Below are positions 28,810 to 39,254 of a stretch of DNA of 64,000 nt, one piece after another. Position 1 is the stretch's first letter. Each line of letters begins with the position of its first letter. The notes under the pieces are model-generated. The model worked only from the letters and a program-made list of their open reading frames with translations. It did not search any database and was not told the origin of the DNA. Source of the stretch: Parcubacteria group bacterium (GTDB taxonomy: Bacteria; Patescibacteriota; Minisyncoccia; SW-4-49-11); assembly GCA_943354045.1 (NCBI GenBank), contig CALRBF010000001.1, forward strand, positions 136,026 to 200,025, written 5' to 3'. The position numbers and the translations under genes are program-made.

Positions 28810-29240
28810 ACACTAACAGCTTCTTTAGCCTTATACAATCCTCCCAATATTCCATTTACAAATTTACCTGCAGCAGGCCCACTAAAAGCTTTAGCAAGTT
28901 CAATAGCTTCATTAATAGCAACTTTAGGAGGTATATCTGTATCCTGATAATAATCAATTTCATAAATTGCAAGACGCAAAATATTACGCTCCACGGGTGC
29001 AATTGTTTCCACCACCCAACCGGTAGCATATTTACTAATAGCCTCGTCAATTTGAGTACGATGCTCTAATACTCCTGAAATAACCTCTTTAATATAAGAA
29101 ATATCTTCTATTCCCTCAGCCAAACGATATAAAGACTCTTGAATAATATCCCAAAGTTGTTCATGCTCCCACAAATCAGCAACATCAATCTGATACAGTG
29201 TTTGCATTGCTACTGATCTCATAAAGTGCCTATTTGCCAT
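28806..29240 (-). CDS. nusB: Transcription antitermination factor NusB
   Basis: An all-helical protein of about 144 aa with the NusB-like N-terminus ([16 protein letters not shown]). nusB-rnc adjacency is a common arrangement. Confidence 0.75.
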   Translation of the reverse strand: MANRHFMRSVAMQTLYQIDVADLWEHEQLWDIIQESLYRLAEGIEDISYIKEVISGVLEHRTQIDEAISKYATGWVVETIAPVERNILRLAIYEIDYYQDTDIPPKVAINEAIELAKAFSGPAAGKFVNGILGGLYKAKEAVSV

Positions 29241-29278
29241 ATTTTTTTGGTATTTAAGGACGATTTATAAACTAAGAG

Positions 29279-29416
29279 TTATCCATTAGTTCGAGTCAAG
29301 AATTTCTTTAGACGATGAGAAACTCCTCGTACTCTTGCTTCTACTTGTTTTAAAGCATGATGAGAACGATTTTTTCCAGTTCTACTATGATTATGTCTCT
29401 TCTTTGGTACTGCCAT
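29279..29416 (-). CDS. rpmF: 50S ribosomal protein L32
   Basis: Manual translation gives MAVPKKRHNHSRTGKNRSHHALKQVEARVRGVSHRLKKFLTRTNG (45 aa). The MAVPKKR.S.SR...RRSH.AL pattern is the L32 hallmark. It is absent from the ORF track because it is shorter than 60 aa. Confidence 0.65.
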   Translation of the reverse strand: MAVPKKRHNHSRTGKNRSHHALKQVEARVRGVSHRLKKFLTRTNG

Positions 29417-29442
29417 ACAAAATAATTACTTTATTAGCTTTA

Positions 29443-30267
29443 TTATACCTTATTATTATACTTTTTGTCAATATTACGATAATAGCGAGATATTAATGCT
29501 ACAAATTGTATAGTTGCTTTATATATACGCCTCATACGACTTGGCTGCTGAATAAGCCTATATAACCATTCCAATCCCAAATTTTGCATCCATTTAGGAG
29601 CTCGCTTTTGACTACCTGCAATAAAATCTAAACTGCCACCTATACAAGCAATAATTCCTTTATGATTATGTTCACCAAAATAGTGTTTTAGCTGATTTCC
29701 AATAATTTCTTGCTTTGGGTAAGACAGAGCTACTAGCACAATATCCGAATGACTGTCGAGTATTTCTTGATATAATACGTTGTCTTGTAATGTAACTTTT
29801 TTGGTATATAAACCACTAATATGTATGCGGGGATAATGTTGATATATATATTTCTGTACTTTTGCTGGTGTTTCCCCTTCACCCCCCAATAAATATACTC
29901 GTAATTTATGTTTATGGGCAATATTCAATATATCATAAATCAGATCCGAGCCACTGATTTTTTCTGGAAAAATAGCATATAATTTACTATCCTGATTCAT
30001 AATAGCATATAAAGAACTCCATATATTTTTCCATTTATGCGCTAAATAAGATCCCGCCCATAATATTCCAATTCCATCGGGTAACCTCAATTCGCTAGCA
30101 TTAACTGCATCCCTAAACTCAGTATTATACTCAGCCTCCACTACAAATTCTGAGTATGGGGTTACTATTTGCAATATATCTTTTTTTTCAATTGCATTTT
30201 CAATTCGAGACAAAACTTCTTTTTTCGTAAAGGTATCAATATGAAGTTTTCCTATTTTAGCTGACAT
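29443..30267 (-). CDS. WecB/TagA/CpsF family glycosyltransferase
   Basis: About 270 aa with the LPDGIGILWAG motif region typical of TagA/WecG-type transferases. Confidence 0.55.
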   Translation of the reverse strand: MSAKIGKLHIDTFTKKEVLSRIENAIEKKDILQIVTPYSEFVVEAEYNTEFRDAVNASELRLPDGIGILWAGSYLAHKWKNIWSSLYAIMNQDSKLYAIFPEKISGSDLIYDILNIAHKHKLRVYLLGGEGETPAKVQKYIYQHYPRIHISGLYTKKVTLQDNVLYQEILDSHSDIVLVALSYPKQEIIGNQLKHYFGEHNHKGIIACIGGSLDFIAGSQKRAPKWMQNLGLEWLYRLIQQPSRMRRIYKATIQFVALISRYYRNIDKKYNNKV

Positions 30268-30270
30268 ATA

Positions 30271-31140
30271 CTAATCTTGTTCAAATAAAGACTTAACGGA
30301 AATATTTTTAATCGGTTGTTTTACCAGTGGCTTTACTCTATTTTGAATATTTTCTTGCAAAGATGGCTTCTCAGTATCCTGAAATAATATTCCTATTGGG
30401 AATTTTTTACCCCCTTCAATTTCGGTAGATTTTTTCATTGCTCGAAATCTATCATTGGGTTTATACGGAGTAGTAGTAACATCATATACTCGCTTAGAAT
30501 AAAATTCATAGGTATTAATATAATTATATGTCACACAAGGTTGATACGCATCAACCAAAGCAAATCCTGGATGTAGAATAGCTGACTTAATCGTTTGAGT
30601 CAAATGAGTTACATTACCAGCAAAACTTGCTGATACAAAAGTTGCTTGCGCTGTGAGAGCTAAAAGAGATGGATTTAATGGAGTTTCATAAGATCCATCA
30701 GGAGTAGTTGAGCTCTTATATCCAGGATCAGAAGTTGGTGAGGTCTGACCAGTAGTAAGCCCATATACCTGATTATTATGCAATATAACCGCTATATTGA
30801 CATTACGTCTACAAGCATGAAGAAAATGCTGTAACCCCTCACCTAATAACCCCCCATCACCACCCACAACAATAACGATAAGATCAGAATTTGCCATTTT
30901 TATTCCCTCAGCAATAGGAATAGACCTACCATGTAATCCAGCAAATCCATTATAATCTGTCCAATAAGACAATTTACCTGAACATCCTACATCTCCAACC
31001 AATACTACTTTATGGGCTGGAATTTTTAATTCTTGTAAAGCATTCTTGAGAGCAACCCAAATCCCATAATTACCACATCCTGGGCACCAGTTTGGAGTTG
31101 ATTGTGTATAATGTGATGATAAATCTTTTTTTGGTTTCAT
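30271..31140 (-). CDS. 2-oxoacid:ferredoxin oxidoreductase, beta (TPP-binding) subunit
   Basis: CPGCGN N-terminal cysteine motif and the GDGG TPP-binding loop. Confidence 0.8.
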   Translation of the reverse strand: MKPKKDLSSHYTQSTPNWCPGCGNYGIWVALKNALQELKIPAHKVVLVGDVGCSGKLSYWTDYNGFAGLHGRSIPIAEGIKMANSDLIVIVVGGDGGLLGEGLQHFLHACRRNVNIAVILHNNQVYGLTTGQTSPTSDPGYKSSTTPDGSYETPLNPSLLALTAQATFVSASFAGNVTHLTQTIKSAILHPGFALVDAYQPCVTYNYINTYEFYSKRVYDVTTTPYKPNDRFRAMKKSTEIEGGKKFPIGILFQDTEKPSLQENIQNRVKPLVKQPIKNISVKSLFEQD

Positions 31141-31143
31141 ATC

Positions 31144-32898
31144 TTAAAACATTTCTTTACGAATAATATTACTAATTTCATCTGGATAAAAAGGATGCCC
31201 ATCATATTTTAATAATGCATGCTCGGGTTCAAAATTAAAATACTGTTTCAAAAGCCCCGCAAATTGACCCGTAGCATTATTCTCTACTACTATAGCTCGA
31301 TTAATACGACTTAATAAAGGTTGAGTTTTTCGAATATTAAAGGGATATATATAGGTAAAATGTATAACATTGGCTGTGATGTCATATTTTGCAAGTAATT
31401 CCATTGCCTCAATACAAGCCCATTTGGTTGAACCCCAGCTAATCAATGTAATTTCTGCATGAGTATTACCATATACTTCTGGCTTTGGAATAGATGGCAA
31501 AAGACTATGCTCTTTTTTCATTCGCTTATCCATCATCTTCACCCTATTCTGAGCGTCTTCACAAATTTCTCCATATTCATTATGTTCATCAGATCCTGAG
31601 TGAAATGTAATACCTTGAGAACCAGGAAGAGCTCTTGGAGACACTCCATCCTTAGTAAAGAGATATCGAGCATATTTGTCACTCCCAATATCACTTTTAT
31701 TATGAATTAATATTCCCCTATCAATAGTAATCGCATTCAAATCAATATCTTGAGGGAATATCATTTGTGAAGTTGCCAAATATTTATCGGTTAATATAAG
31801 TACTGGTAATTGATATAAATCAGCTAAATTAAAAGCTTCTTGTATAAGAGTATATAATTCCACACTATCCCCAGGGGCTATAACTACGCGAGGGAATTCC
31901 CCTTGAGAGGCATGCAATACAAATCGTAAATCCGATTGCTCAGTTTTCGTTGGGAGACCCGTACTTGGTCCACCACGCATCGCATTGATTACGACAAGTG
32001 GAGTTTCTGTAATACCAGCTAGTCCCAAAGCCTCTACCATCAAAGAAAATCCTCCTCCCGATGACATAGTAAGAGCCCGAGCCCCAGCATAAGAAGCTCC
32101 CACCGTCATACAAATTGCTGAGATTTCATCTTCAGCTTGCTTGGCAATAATTCCATATTCATCCGCATTTTGGGCCAATGAGTCAAATATAGGCGTAGCC
32201 GGAGTCATCGGATAGGCTGCCGTAAATTTGACCCCCGCCTTAATAGCTCCAAAGGCTAAAGCCTGACTTCCATTAATAGAATAATACGGTTCCGCCTCTC
32301 CATGATTCAGTTCTTGACTAAAAATATGATCATAATGCTCCTCAACATAAGCATAAGCTTGTTTTAAAGCTAATATATTATCATCTACAATTTTTTGACT
32401 TTTCTTCTTGAATTTCTTTTCAATAATATGCGTATAATTATCCAAAGACCAATTTAGTACAAAATGCAATGCAGCTATTGCAGCAGTATTGGCGTATCGG
32501 GATGATTTATTAATACCTCTTGAAATTGCATTAAATGGAACCCCAACTCCAAAGAATTGTTGTTTTTTCGTTGTTTTACGGCTAATTTTTTGTTTTACAA
32601 TATCATTATCATAAATCAGAACCCCTTTATTAATAATTTCATCAAAATGTATTTCTATACTCTCAGCATCAAGAGCAATAAGATAGGTAATATATTCAAC
32701 TGGAGCATGTATAGGTCGGTCAGAAATACGAATAAAAACTATATTATGCCCACCCTTAATAAGACTGGGATAATCCACCCAAATAAAACTATATAGTCCT
32801 AAATTTTGGGCGATATGCTGCATAAAGTCCCCCATACTAAGCACTCCCTGACCTGCCTTACCCGCAATTGCAATAACAAATTCATTACTCAGTTTCAT
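31144..32898 (-). CDS. 2-oxoacid:ferredoxin oxidoreductase, alpha subunit (fused gamma/alpha type)
   Basis: 584 aa, pyruvate/2-oxoglutarate:ferredoxin oxidoreductase domain order, immediately upstream of the beta subunit. Confidence 0.8.
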   Translation of the reverse strand: MKLSNEFVIAIAGKAGQGVLSMGDFMQHIAQNLGLYSFIWVDYPSLIKGGHNIVFIRISDRPIHAPVEYITYLIALDAESIEIHFDEIINKGVLIYDNDIVKQKISRKTTKKQQFFGVGVPFNAISRGINKSSRYANTAAIAALHFVLNWSLDNYTHIIEKKFKKKSQKIVDDNILALKQAYAYVEEHYDHIFSQELNHGEAEPYYSINGSQALAFGAIKAGVKFTAAYPMTPATPIFDSLAQNADEYGIIAKQAEDEISAICMTVGASYAGARALTMSSGGGFSLMVEALGLAGITETPLVVINAMRGGPSTGLPTKTEQSDLRFVLHASQGEFPRVVIAPGDSVELYTLIQEAFNLADLYQLPVLILTDKYLATSQMIFPQDIDLNAITIDRGILIHNKSDIGSDKYARYLFTKDGVSPRALPGSQGITFHSGSDEHNEYGEICEDAQNRVKMMDKRMKKEHSLLPSIPKPEVYGNTHAEITLISWGSTKWACIEAMELLAKYDITANVIHFTYIYPFNIRKTQPLLSRINRAIVVENNATGQFAGLLKQYFNFEPEHALLKYDGHPFYPDEISNIIRKEMF

Positions 32899-33025
32899 AT
32901 ACTCTATTTGTATGTTTTTATAGATGTAATTAGTATAGCATATTATTATATATTTTCAAAAATAAATCCCCTATCCTATCTATATTGCTTTTTTACTAAA
33001 AATAAGTATAATAATAGAGATGTTC

Positions 33026-33098
33026 GGGCGCATAGCTCAGTTGGTAGAGCAGAAGACTCTTAATCTTTTGGTCGGAGGTTCGAGCCCTCCTGCGCCCA
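33026..33098 (+). tRNA. tRNA-Lys (anticodon CUU)
   Basis: GGGCGCA-TA-GCTC-AGTTGGTA-GAGC-A-GAAGA-CTCTTAA-TCTTT-TGGTC-GGAGG-TTCGAGC-CCTCC-TGCGCCC-A. No CCA is encoded. The track ORF at 32806..33063 is spurious. Confidence 0.85.
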
Positions 33099-33131
33099 CC
33101 CGTACTTATATGAATAAAAACTTTATAGAAT

Positions 33132-34568
33132 ATGGTATTTAGCTCAATATTTTTTATCCTATTTTTCCTACCCGTTCTTATTATTGGATATTATCTTATC
33201 CATCCTAAATATCGTAATTTACTCCTTCTTATAGCAAGCTTATTATTTTATGTTGCAGGGGAAGCTAAATACAGTATAGTTTTATTAATTAGTATTTTTG
33301 CCAATTATATATTTGGTGCACTAATTGCACTATTTCAAAATAAAAATAATTCTCAAGGTGCAAAACTTATATTACTAGTATCCATAATCTTTAATATTGG
33401 TACATTAATTGTATTTAAATATGCCAATCTAATTGTAGATACTATTAATCCATTCTTACAATGGATTTTTTCTAATCAAATTAGTTTATCGCCTATTCAT
33501 CTACCTATTGGTATATCATTTTTCACTTTTCAAGCACTTTCATATGTAATTGATGTGTATAGGAGAGAAACTCGTTCTCAATTTAGTTTAATTAATTTTG
33601 CTATGTATATAGCATTATTTCCACAACTTATTGCTGGACCGATTGTAAGATATTTAGATATAGAAGATCAAATTCAAAACAGAAAACATTCCGTAAATCA
33701 TTTTACTGAAGGAATTACAATATTTATTATTGGACTTGCAAAAAAAGTATTAATTGCTAATAATGTTGCCCTTATTGCTGATCATATATTCTCATTACCC
33801 AGTCAAGAAATTGGATTTTCCTATGCTTGGATTGGAATCATAGCGTATAGTCTTCAAATATATTTTGATTTTTCTGGGTATTCTGATATGGCTGTGGGGC
33901 TTGGTAAAATGTTTGGATTTGATTTTGTTAAAAATTTCAATTATCCTTATATTTCTCAGTCCATACAAGATTTTTGGCGAAGATGGCATATTTCATTATC
34001 TACTTGGTTTCGAGATTATTTATATATTCCTTTGGGGGGTAATAGAAAAGGAGAAAAAAGAACATATATTAATTTGATTATTGTATTTGGTTTATGTGGA
34101 TTATGGCATGGAGCTAGTTGGGTGTTTTTATTATGGGGATTATGGCATGGAGCCTTTTTAATTATTGAAAGACTTCCCTATACAAAAAACCTAATTAACA
34201 AGTCACCTTTACTCATCAAATACCTTTATACTTTTTTAGTAGTAACTATTGGTTGGGTGTTTTTTAGAGCCGAGAATGTAACATTCGCAATACAATATTT
34301 AGAATCAATGTTTGGATTAAATGGGAATGCCTCACTCTCGACTTTACCAATAAATATTTATAATAATAAAACAATAGTATTTCTTATATTAGGAATTGCT
34401 GGAAGTATTCCGTTACTTCCCTATATTAAATCGAGAATATCCTCTATAAAATTATTAAAGAATATTCAATATCCTCTTTATTACACTTATACCATTATAA
34501 TATTATGTTTTTCTATATTAGCATTATCAAATAATGCATATAATCCATTCATATATTTTAGATTTTAA
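33132..34568 (+). CDS. MBOAT family membrane O-acyltransferase (DltB/AlgI/PatA-like)
   Basis: Polytopic, with the conserved-His region WHISLSTWFRDYLYIPLGGNR characteristic of MBOAT enzymes. Confidence 0.8.
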   Translation: MVFSSIFFILFFLPVLIIGYYLIHPKYRNLLLLIASLLFYVAGEAKYSIVLLISIFANYIFGALIALFQNKNNSQGAKLILLVSIIFNIGTLIVFKYANLIVDTINPFLQWIFSNQISLSPIHLPIGISFFTFQALSYVIDVYRRETRSQFSLINFAMYIALFPQLIAGPIVRYLDIEDQIQNRKHSVNHFTEGITIFIIGLAKKVLIANNVALIADHIFSLPSQEIGFSYAWIGIIAYSLQIYFDFSGYSDMAVGLGKMFGFDFVKNFNYPYISQSIQDFWRRWHISLSTWFRDYLYIPLGGNRKGEKRTYINLIIVFGLCGLWHGASWVFLLWGLWHGAFLIIERLPYTKNLINKSPLLIKYLYTFLVVTIGWVFFRAENVTFAIQYLESMFGLNGNASLSTLPINIYNNKTIVFLILGIAGSIPLLPYIKSRISSIKLLKNIQYPLYYTYTIIILCFSILALSNNAYNPFIYFRF

Positions 34569-34569
34569 T

Positions 34570-35691
34570 ATGAAAATATCTTTTAATTATATATATATTA
34601 CAAACATTATATTCATAGGAGTTTTTTTTCTCATTATTATAACTCCACTTATTTTAACTCTACTCAATCCTAATTCATCAACAAATATTGAAAATAAGAC
34701 ATTAGCTCAAAAACCTCCAGTTCAACTTATTCGAGAAGGTAAATTTGGTGAATATGTTAAAAATGGTGCTAAATATTTTGAAGATTCATATCAACTTAAA
34801 AGTAATCTCATAAATATTAACTCACTGATTGACTATTATGGTTTTAATATATCTCCTAAAGACTCCGTAACACTAGGAAAGGATCAATGGTTGTTTTATA
34901 CCGCTGAAGATGGAGTTAATATTCAAGATTATTATGGAAAAAAACTATTCCAAGAAAAAGATTTAGAAAATATATCAAAAGAAATAACTAATATAAAAAC
35001 AAAATTAGATAAAAGAAATATTCAGTTTATTATTATGATGACCCCTAATAAACATACTATTTATGAGGAATATTTACCTTCTCGTATTCGTAATCAAAAA
35101 GGAAGTCTTACTAGAGCCGATCAATATACTCCTATATTATCATCCCTCAATGTAAATTATATTGATCTTAGGAAAACACTATTAGATCAAAAATCTCAAT
35201 ACGCTTATCCATTATATTATTCCCTTGATAGCCATTGGAATGATAGGGCTGGACTCATTGCATATAATAAACTCCTTACAAAAATCAATCCACGTCCTTC
35301 AACAAAAATACCTGATATTACTATAGGTACTAAAAATCGCACTGGAGATTTAGGTAATATTATTGGACTTAGCCACAGACTCAAAGACACTTCTATTTCA
35401 GCAAATATACCTTCTCCCCCACTATACTCAACCAATATTACTAACACAAAAGAGATTAATCAAATTATCACTAAAAATCCCAATGGAGACCCAAGAAAAA
35501 TACTTATGTTTAAAGATTCATTTTCCGGAGCTTTATTACCATTTATGTCCTCCCAATTCTCAGAAGTACTTTATGATGCTAATCCTAAAGTAGATTTTAA
35601 CCTTATAGATGAATATAAACCCGATATTGTCATATTACAATTTGTAGAGAGATATTCTAATATTTTATTACAGAATGGAAATAAGTTTTAA
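34570..35691 (+). CDS. AlgX/AlgJ/PatB-like extracytoplasmic O-acetyltransferase partner (N-terminal anchor, SGNH-like fold)
   Basis: N-terminal TM anchor and a DSHW motif (SLDSHWNDRAGL), as in AlgJ/AlgX/PatB. It is immediately downstream of the MBOAT gene, and the start was placed at the internal ATG adjacent to the MBOAT stop. Confidence 0.5.
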   Translation: MKISFNYIYITNIIFIGVFFLIIITPLILTLLNPNSSTNIENKTLAQKPPVQLIREGKFGEYVKNGAKYFEDSYQLKSNLININSLIDYYGFNISPKDSVTLGKDQWLFYTAEDGVNIQDYYGKKLFQEKDLENISKEITNIKTKLDKRNIQFIIMMTPNKHTIYEEYLPSRIRNQKGSLTRADQYTPILSSLNVNYIDLRKTLLDQKSQYAYPLYYSLDSHWNDRAGLIAYNKLLTKINPRPSTKIPDITIGTKNRTGDLGNIIGLSHRLKDTSISANIPSPPLYSTNITNTKEINQIITKNPNGDPRKILMFKDSFSGALLPFMSSQFSEVLYDANPKVDFNLIDEYKPDIVILQFVERYSNILLQNGNKF

Positions 35692-35814
35692 TTACAACCC
35701 TTGCCATTCAGCCTATTTTATGCTACAATAGGATCTGATTATTGTGCCTTCATTTTGTTATTATGAAATGTATCATAATTATCGTATTATCAATTAACTT
35801 GAGCCCTCGCAATT

Positions 35815-36888
35815 ATGTCTAAAACTATTACTACAATGGAGTCACTCCTACAAAACTACCCTATTAATTTACCGGTAGCTGGAGAAGATATTAAAGGAAC
35901 TGTTCTCGATATTGGGACCAATGCAATGTATGTTGATCTTGGACCAATTGGTACCGGAGTTATTCTTGGAGAAGAACTTCATGATGGATTTGGAACTATC
36001 AAAACCTTAAAAAAAGGTGATAATGTAACTGCAACCGTTGTTACCACCAATACCGTTGATGGATATATTGAATTATCTCTTAAACAAGCATCTGAAGATA
36101 AAGTTTGGGATGATTTACTTGCAAAACAATCTGCTGAAGCACCCGTTGAAGTCAAAATTATTGATGCGAATAAAGGAGGTCTCCTCATTAGTATTAATGG
36201 AATTAATGGATTCTTACCAGTATCTCAACTTGCCTATGATCATTATCCTCGCGTTGATGGTGGAGATAAGACCAAAATTCTTGGACGTCTAAAAGAATAT
36301 ACTGGAGATATTTTCCGAGTAACTATTATCAATGTTGATAGAGAAGAGAATAAATTGATTGTATCTGAAAAAGCTGCTCGAAAAAGTGAAGAATTAAATC
36401 TTGTTAATAGCTATCAAAAAGGTGATACCGTAGAAGGAGAAGTAACTGGAGTTGTAGACTTTGGAGTATTTATGAAATTTGGTAAAGATGGTCATAAACT
36501 TGAAGGATTGGTACATATTTCAGAACTTTCTTGGCAATTAGTAGAAAATCCTCGAGACCTTTATAAAGAAGGAGATAAAGTGAAAGCTCAAGTAATTGAA
36601 ATCGTAAATGGAAAAGTATCTCTTTCTATCAAGGCATTATCTGAAGATCCTTGGAAAAAAATTACTGAGAAATTCACTGTAGATCAAATTGTAGAAGGAC
36701 AAGTAGCTCGAATGAATCATTTTGGAATATTCATTCAACTTGATAATGAAGTTCGTGGACTTATACATAATTCAGAAATTGAAAAAGATCGTAACAAGTA
36801 TATTGCTCTTAAAGAAGGAACTCCAGCTCAATTCAAAATTTTATCTGTAGATGCCCAGGAGCATCGTATCAGTCTTGCCCTTGCCTAA
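35815..36888 (+). CDS. rpsA: 30S ribosomal protein S1 (short, four S1 domains)
   Basis: Repeated S1 OB-fold units (G..V.G.V..I...G.FV.L), 357 aa. Confidence 0.75.
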   Translation: MSKTITTMESLLQNYPINLPVAGEDIKGTVLDIGTNAMYVDLGPIGTGVILGEELHDGFGTIKTLKKGDNVTATVVTTNTVDGYIELSLKQASEDKVWDDLLAKQSAEAPVEVKIIDANKGGLLISINGINGFLPVSQLAYDHYPRVDGGDKTKILGRLKEYTGDIFRVTIINVDREENKLIVSEKAARKSEELNLVNSYQKGDTVEGEVTGVVDFGVFMKFGKDGHKLEGLVHISELSWQLVENPRDLYKEGDKVKAQVIEIVNGKVSLSIKALSEDPWKKITEKFTVDQIVEGQVARMNHFGIFIQLDNEVRGLIHNSEIEKDRNKYIALKEGTPAQFKILSVDAQEHRISLALA

Positions 36889-36909
36889 TATAGATTAACA
36901 TAATACTGT

Positions 36910-38760
36910 ATGAAAAAATTCACCAAAAACATTCTCTCGGGACTGTTGTCAATTTTGGCTATTATTGTCATATTTGGATATTTGGTGACACAGAATAATG
37001 GCAATATTAGCAAAGTACCTTTTTCTGATATTGTAAAAGAGATCCAGAATAACAATATAAATTCTGTAACAGTATCCAATAATACCGTAAAAGCTACGCT
37101 CAAAGATGATAAGGTTAAGCAGGCCGAAAAAGAACCTTCAGGAACATTTATTGAATCCCTGAAAGCCTATGGAGTTTCGGAAGACAAAATTAATGATCTC
37201 AAAATAGAAGTTCAGAATAATGAAGGAAGTAGTATAGCATTTTCTATATTCCTTAATATTTTTGTACCTATTCTCTTGATTGGAGGTTTAATTTGGTTTT
37301 CTCTAAGACAAGCTCAAAAAGGAAATTCTCAAGCTATGATGTTTGGCCGCTCAATGGCAAAAGTCATTATGCCAGAAAAAGATAAAAAGAAAATGGTTAC
37401 CTTTGCTGATGTAGCGGGACTCAAAGAAGCGAAAGAAGAATTGGAAGAAATTGTAGAATTCCTCAAAAACCCTCAAAAATATACCGATATTGGAGCAAAA
37501 ATTCCAAAAGGAGTATTATTAGTAGGACCTCCAGGAACAGGAAAAACTCTGCTTGCAAGAGCTGTAGCTAGTGAAGCTGAAGTACCATTTTTCTTTACCT
37601 CCGGATCAGAATTTGTAGAAATGTTTGTAGGAGTTGGAGCGAGCCGTATTCGAGATTTATTCAAAACTGCAGAAAAGAACTCCCCTGCCCTCATATTCAT
37701 CGATGAGCTTGATGCCGTTGGTCGTTCTCGAGGAACAGGAATTGGTGGTGGTAATGATGAGCGAGAACAAACCTTGAATCAAATTTTGGTAGAAATGGAT
37801 GGTTTTGAAGCTAATAAAGGGCTCATTGTACTCGCCGCAACCAATCGCCCTGATGTACTTGATTCTGCCCTTATGCGACCAGGACGATTTGATAGAAGAG
37901 TTACCCTTGATTTACCAGATATCAAAGAACGTGAGCAAATTCTCAAAGTTCATGCACAAGGAAAACCTCTTGAGAAAAAAGTAAGCCTCAGAATTATTGC
38001 TGAGCGAACTCCTGGATTCTCTGGAGCTGATTTATCTAATCTTCTTAATGAAGCTGCAATTTTGAGTGCTAGACATAATAAGAAAAGCATTAATCAAAAT
38101 GACATCTTAATGTCAATTGATAAAGTCTTAATGGGACCAGAAAGAAAAAGCCGAGTTATTAGTGAAAAGGAAAAAACTATAGTCGCCTATCATGAAGCTG
38201 GGCACGCTGTAACCGGACATTTCCTGGAGCATTCTGACCCTATTCAAAAGGTAACTATTATTCCTCGTGGAAGAGCCGGAGGATATACCCTCAAAATGCC
38301 TACTGAGGATAGAAGACTTATTTCAAAATCTCATTTTCAAGCTGATATGGCGGTAGCTCTCGGAGGATATGTAGCAGAAGAAATTACTTTTGGAGAAGTT
38401 ACAACTGGAGCTTCCAATGATATACAGCAATTAACCCAAATTGCTGAGCAATATGTACGCTATTATGGTATGAGTGATTTAGGACCAATACATTATTCCG
38501 ATTATCGCAATAATCGTACAGGAGAAATCCCTAATCATAGTGAGAAAACCTTACAAGAAATTGATGAGGCCGTCAAAACTATTATTGACACTGCTTATGC
38601 AACTTGTAAAAAAACTCTTACTGATAATAAAGATAAGTTAGAGCAATTAGCTCAAGCCCTTATCAAAGATGAGACCATAGAAAGACCAGAATTTGAAGCT
38701 TTAATGGGTAATACTCCAAAAGAGGAATCTCCTGAGGAATCTCCCAAAGAAGTGTCATAA
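36910..38760 (+). CDS. ftsH: ATP-dependent zinc metalloprotease FtsH
   Basis: N-terminal TM segments, AAA Walker A GPPGTGKT, the SRH region, and zinc-binding HEAGHA. Confidence 0.9.
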   Translation: MKKFTKNILSGLLSILAIIVIFGYLVTQNNGNISKVPFSDIVKEIQNNNINSVTVSNNTVKATLKDDKVKQAEKEPSGTFIESLKAYGVSEDKINDLKIEVQNNEGSSIAFSIFLNIFVPILLIGGLIWFSLRQAQKGNSQAMMFGRSMAKVIMPEKDKKKMVTFADVAGLKEAKEELEEIVEFLKNPQKYTDIGAKIPKGVLLVGPPGTGKTLLARAVASEAEVPFFFTSGSEFVEMFVGVGASRIRDLFKTAEKNSPALIFIDELDAVGRSRGTGIGGGNDEREQTLNQILVEMDGFEANKGLIVLAATNRPDVLDSALMRPGRFDRRVTLDLPDIKEREQILKVHAQGKPLEKKVSLRIIAERTPGFSGADLSNLLNEAAILSARHNKKSINQNDILMSIDKVLMGPERKSRVISEKEKTIVAYHEAGHAVTGHFLEHSDPIQKVTIIPRGRAGGYTLKMPTEDRRLISKSHFQADMAVALGGYVAEEITFGEVTTGASNDIQQLTQIAEQYVRYYGMSDLGPIHYSDYRNNRTGEIPNHSEKTLQEIDEAVKTIIDTAYATCKKTLTDNKDKLEQLAQALIKDETIERPEFEALMGNTPKEESPEESPKEVS

Positions 38761-38816
38761 AAAATTCATTATTATACTAGTATTACTCATATTTTTTATG
38801 ATATACTAGTATATAC

Positions 38817-38890
38817 GGATGTGTAGCTCAGCTGGTTAGAGCAGTCGTCTTATAAGCGACAGGTCGGTGGTTCAAGTCCACCCATATCCA
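38817..38890 (+). tRNA. tRNA-Ile with genomically encoded anticodon UAU (reads AUA)
   Basis: GGATGTG-TA-GCTC-AGCTGGTTA-GAGC-A-GTCGT-CTTATAA-GCGAC-AGGTC-GGTGG-TTCAAGT-CCACC-CATATCC-A. The D arm and T arm are near-identical to bacterial tRNA-Ile (AGCTGGTTAGAGC; AGGTCGGTGGTTCAAGTCCAC). The anticodon loop is CTTATAA. Confidence 0.75.
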
Positions 38891-38909
38891 CATCAATAGA
38901 TAACCCATT

Positions 38910-39248
38910 ATGGATTTAAACGATTACAAAAAACAAGCTCTTAGAACCGATTATGCAGATTATAGTGATTTTCATACGGGAGACGCCTCCCCTCGATTAG
39001 ATTATGCCAGCACTGGGCTTGTCACTGAATCAGTAAAAGTATTAGATTTGATTAAAAAATCCAAAAAAGCCCTTTCCCCTTTAGACACCGAAAAGGTAAA
39101 AGAAGAACTGGGAGATTTGTTATGGTATTTTAATTTAACCCTAGATGAGCTGAATATTAGCTTTGATGAAATTATGGCCAATAGTATCGCTAAAATCAAT
39201 CGTAAACATCCAGAAGGAGACCCCACTATACGGGGTGATAAGGAGTAA
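38910..39248 (+). CDS. MazG-like nucleoside triphosphate pyrophosphohydrolase domain protein
   Basis: 112 aa with the EELGDLLWY (E..GD..) metal-binding helix typical of the all-alpha NTP-PPase fold. Confidence 0.65.
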   Translation: MDLNDYKKQALRTDYADYSDFHTGDASPRLDYASTGLVTESVKVLDLIKKSKKALSPLDTEKVKEELGDLLWYFNLTLDELNISFDEIMANSIAKINRKHPEGDPTIRGDKE

Positions 39249-39254
39249 GTATTC

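Noticed and set aside
32806-33063. 85-aa ORF overlapping the tRNA-Lys gene
   Set aside because: It runs through a clear tRNA and upstream promoter region and has no conserved features. It is spurious.
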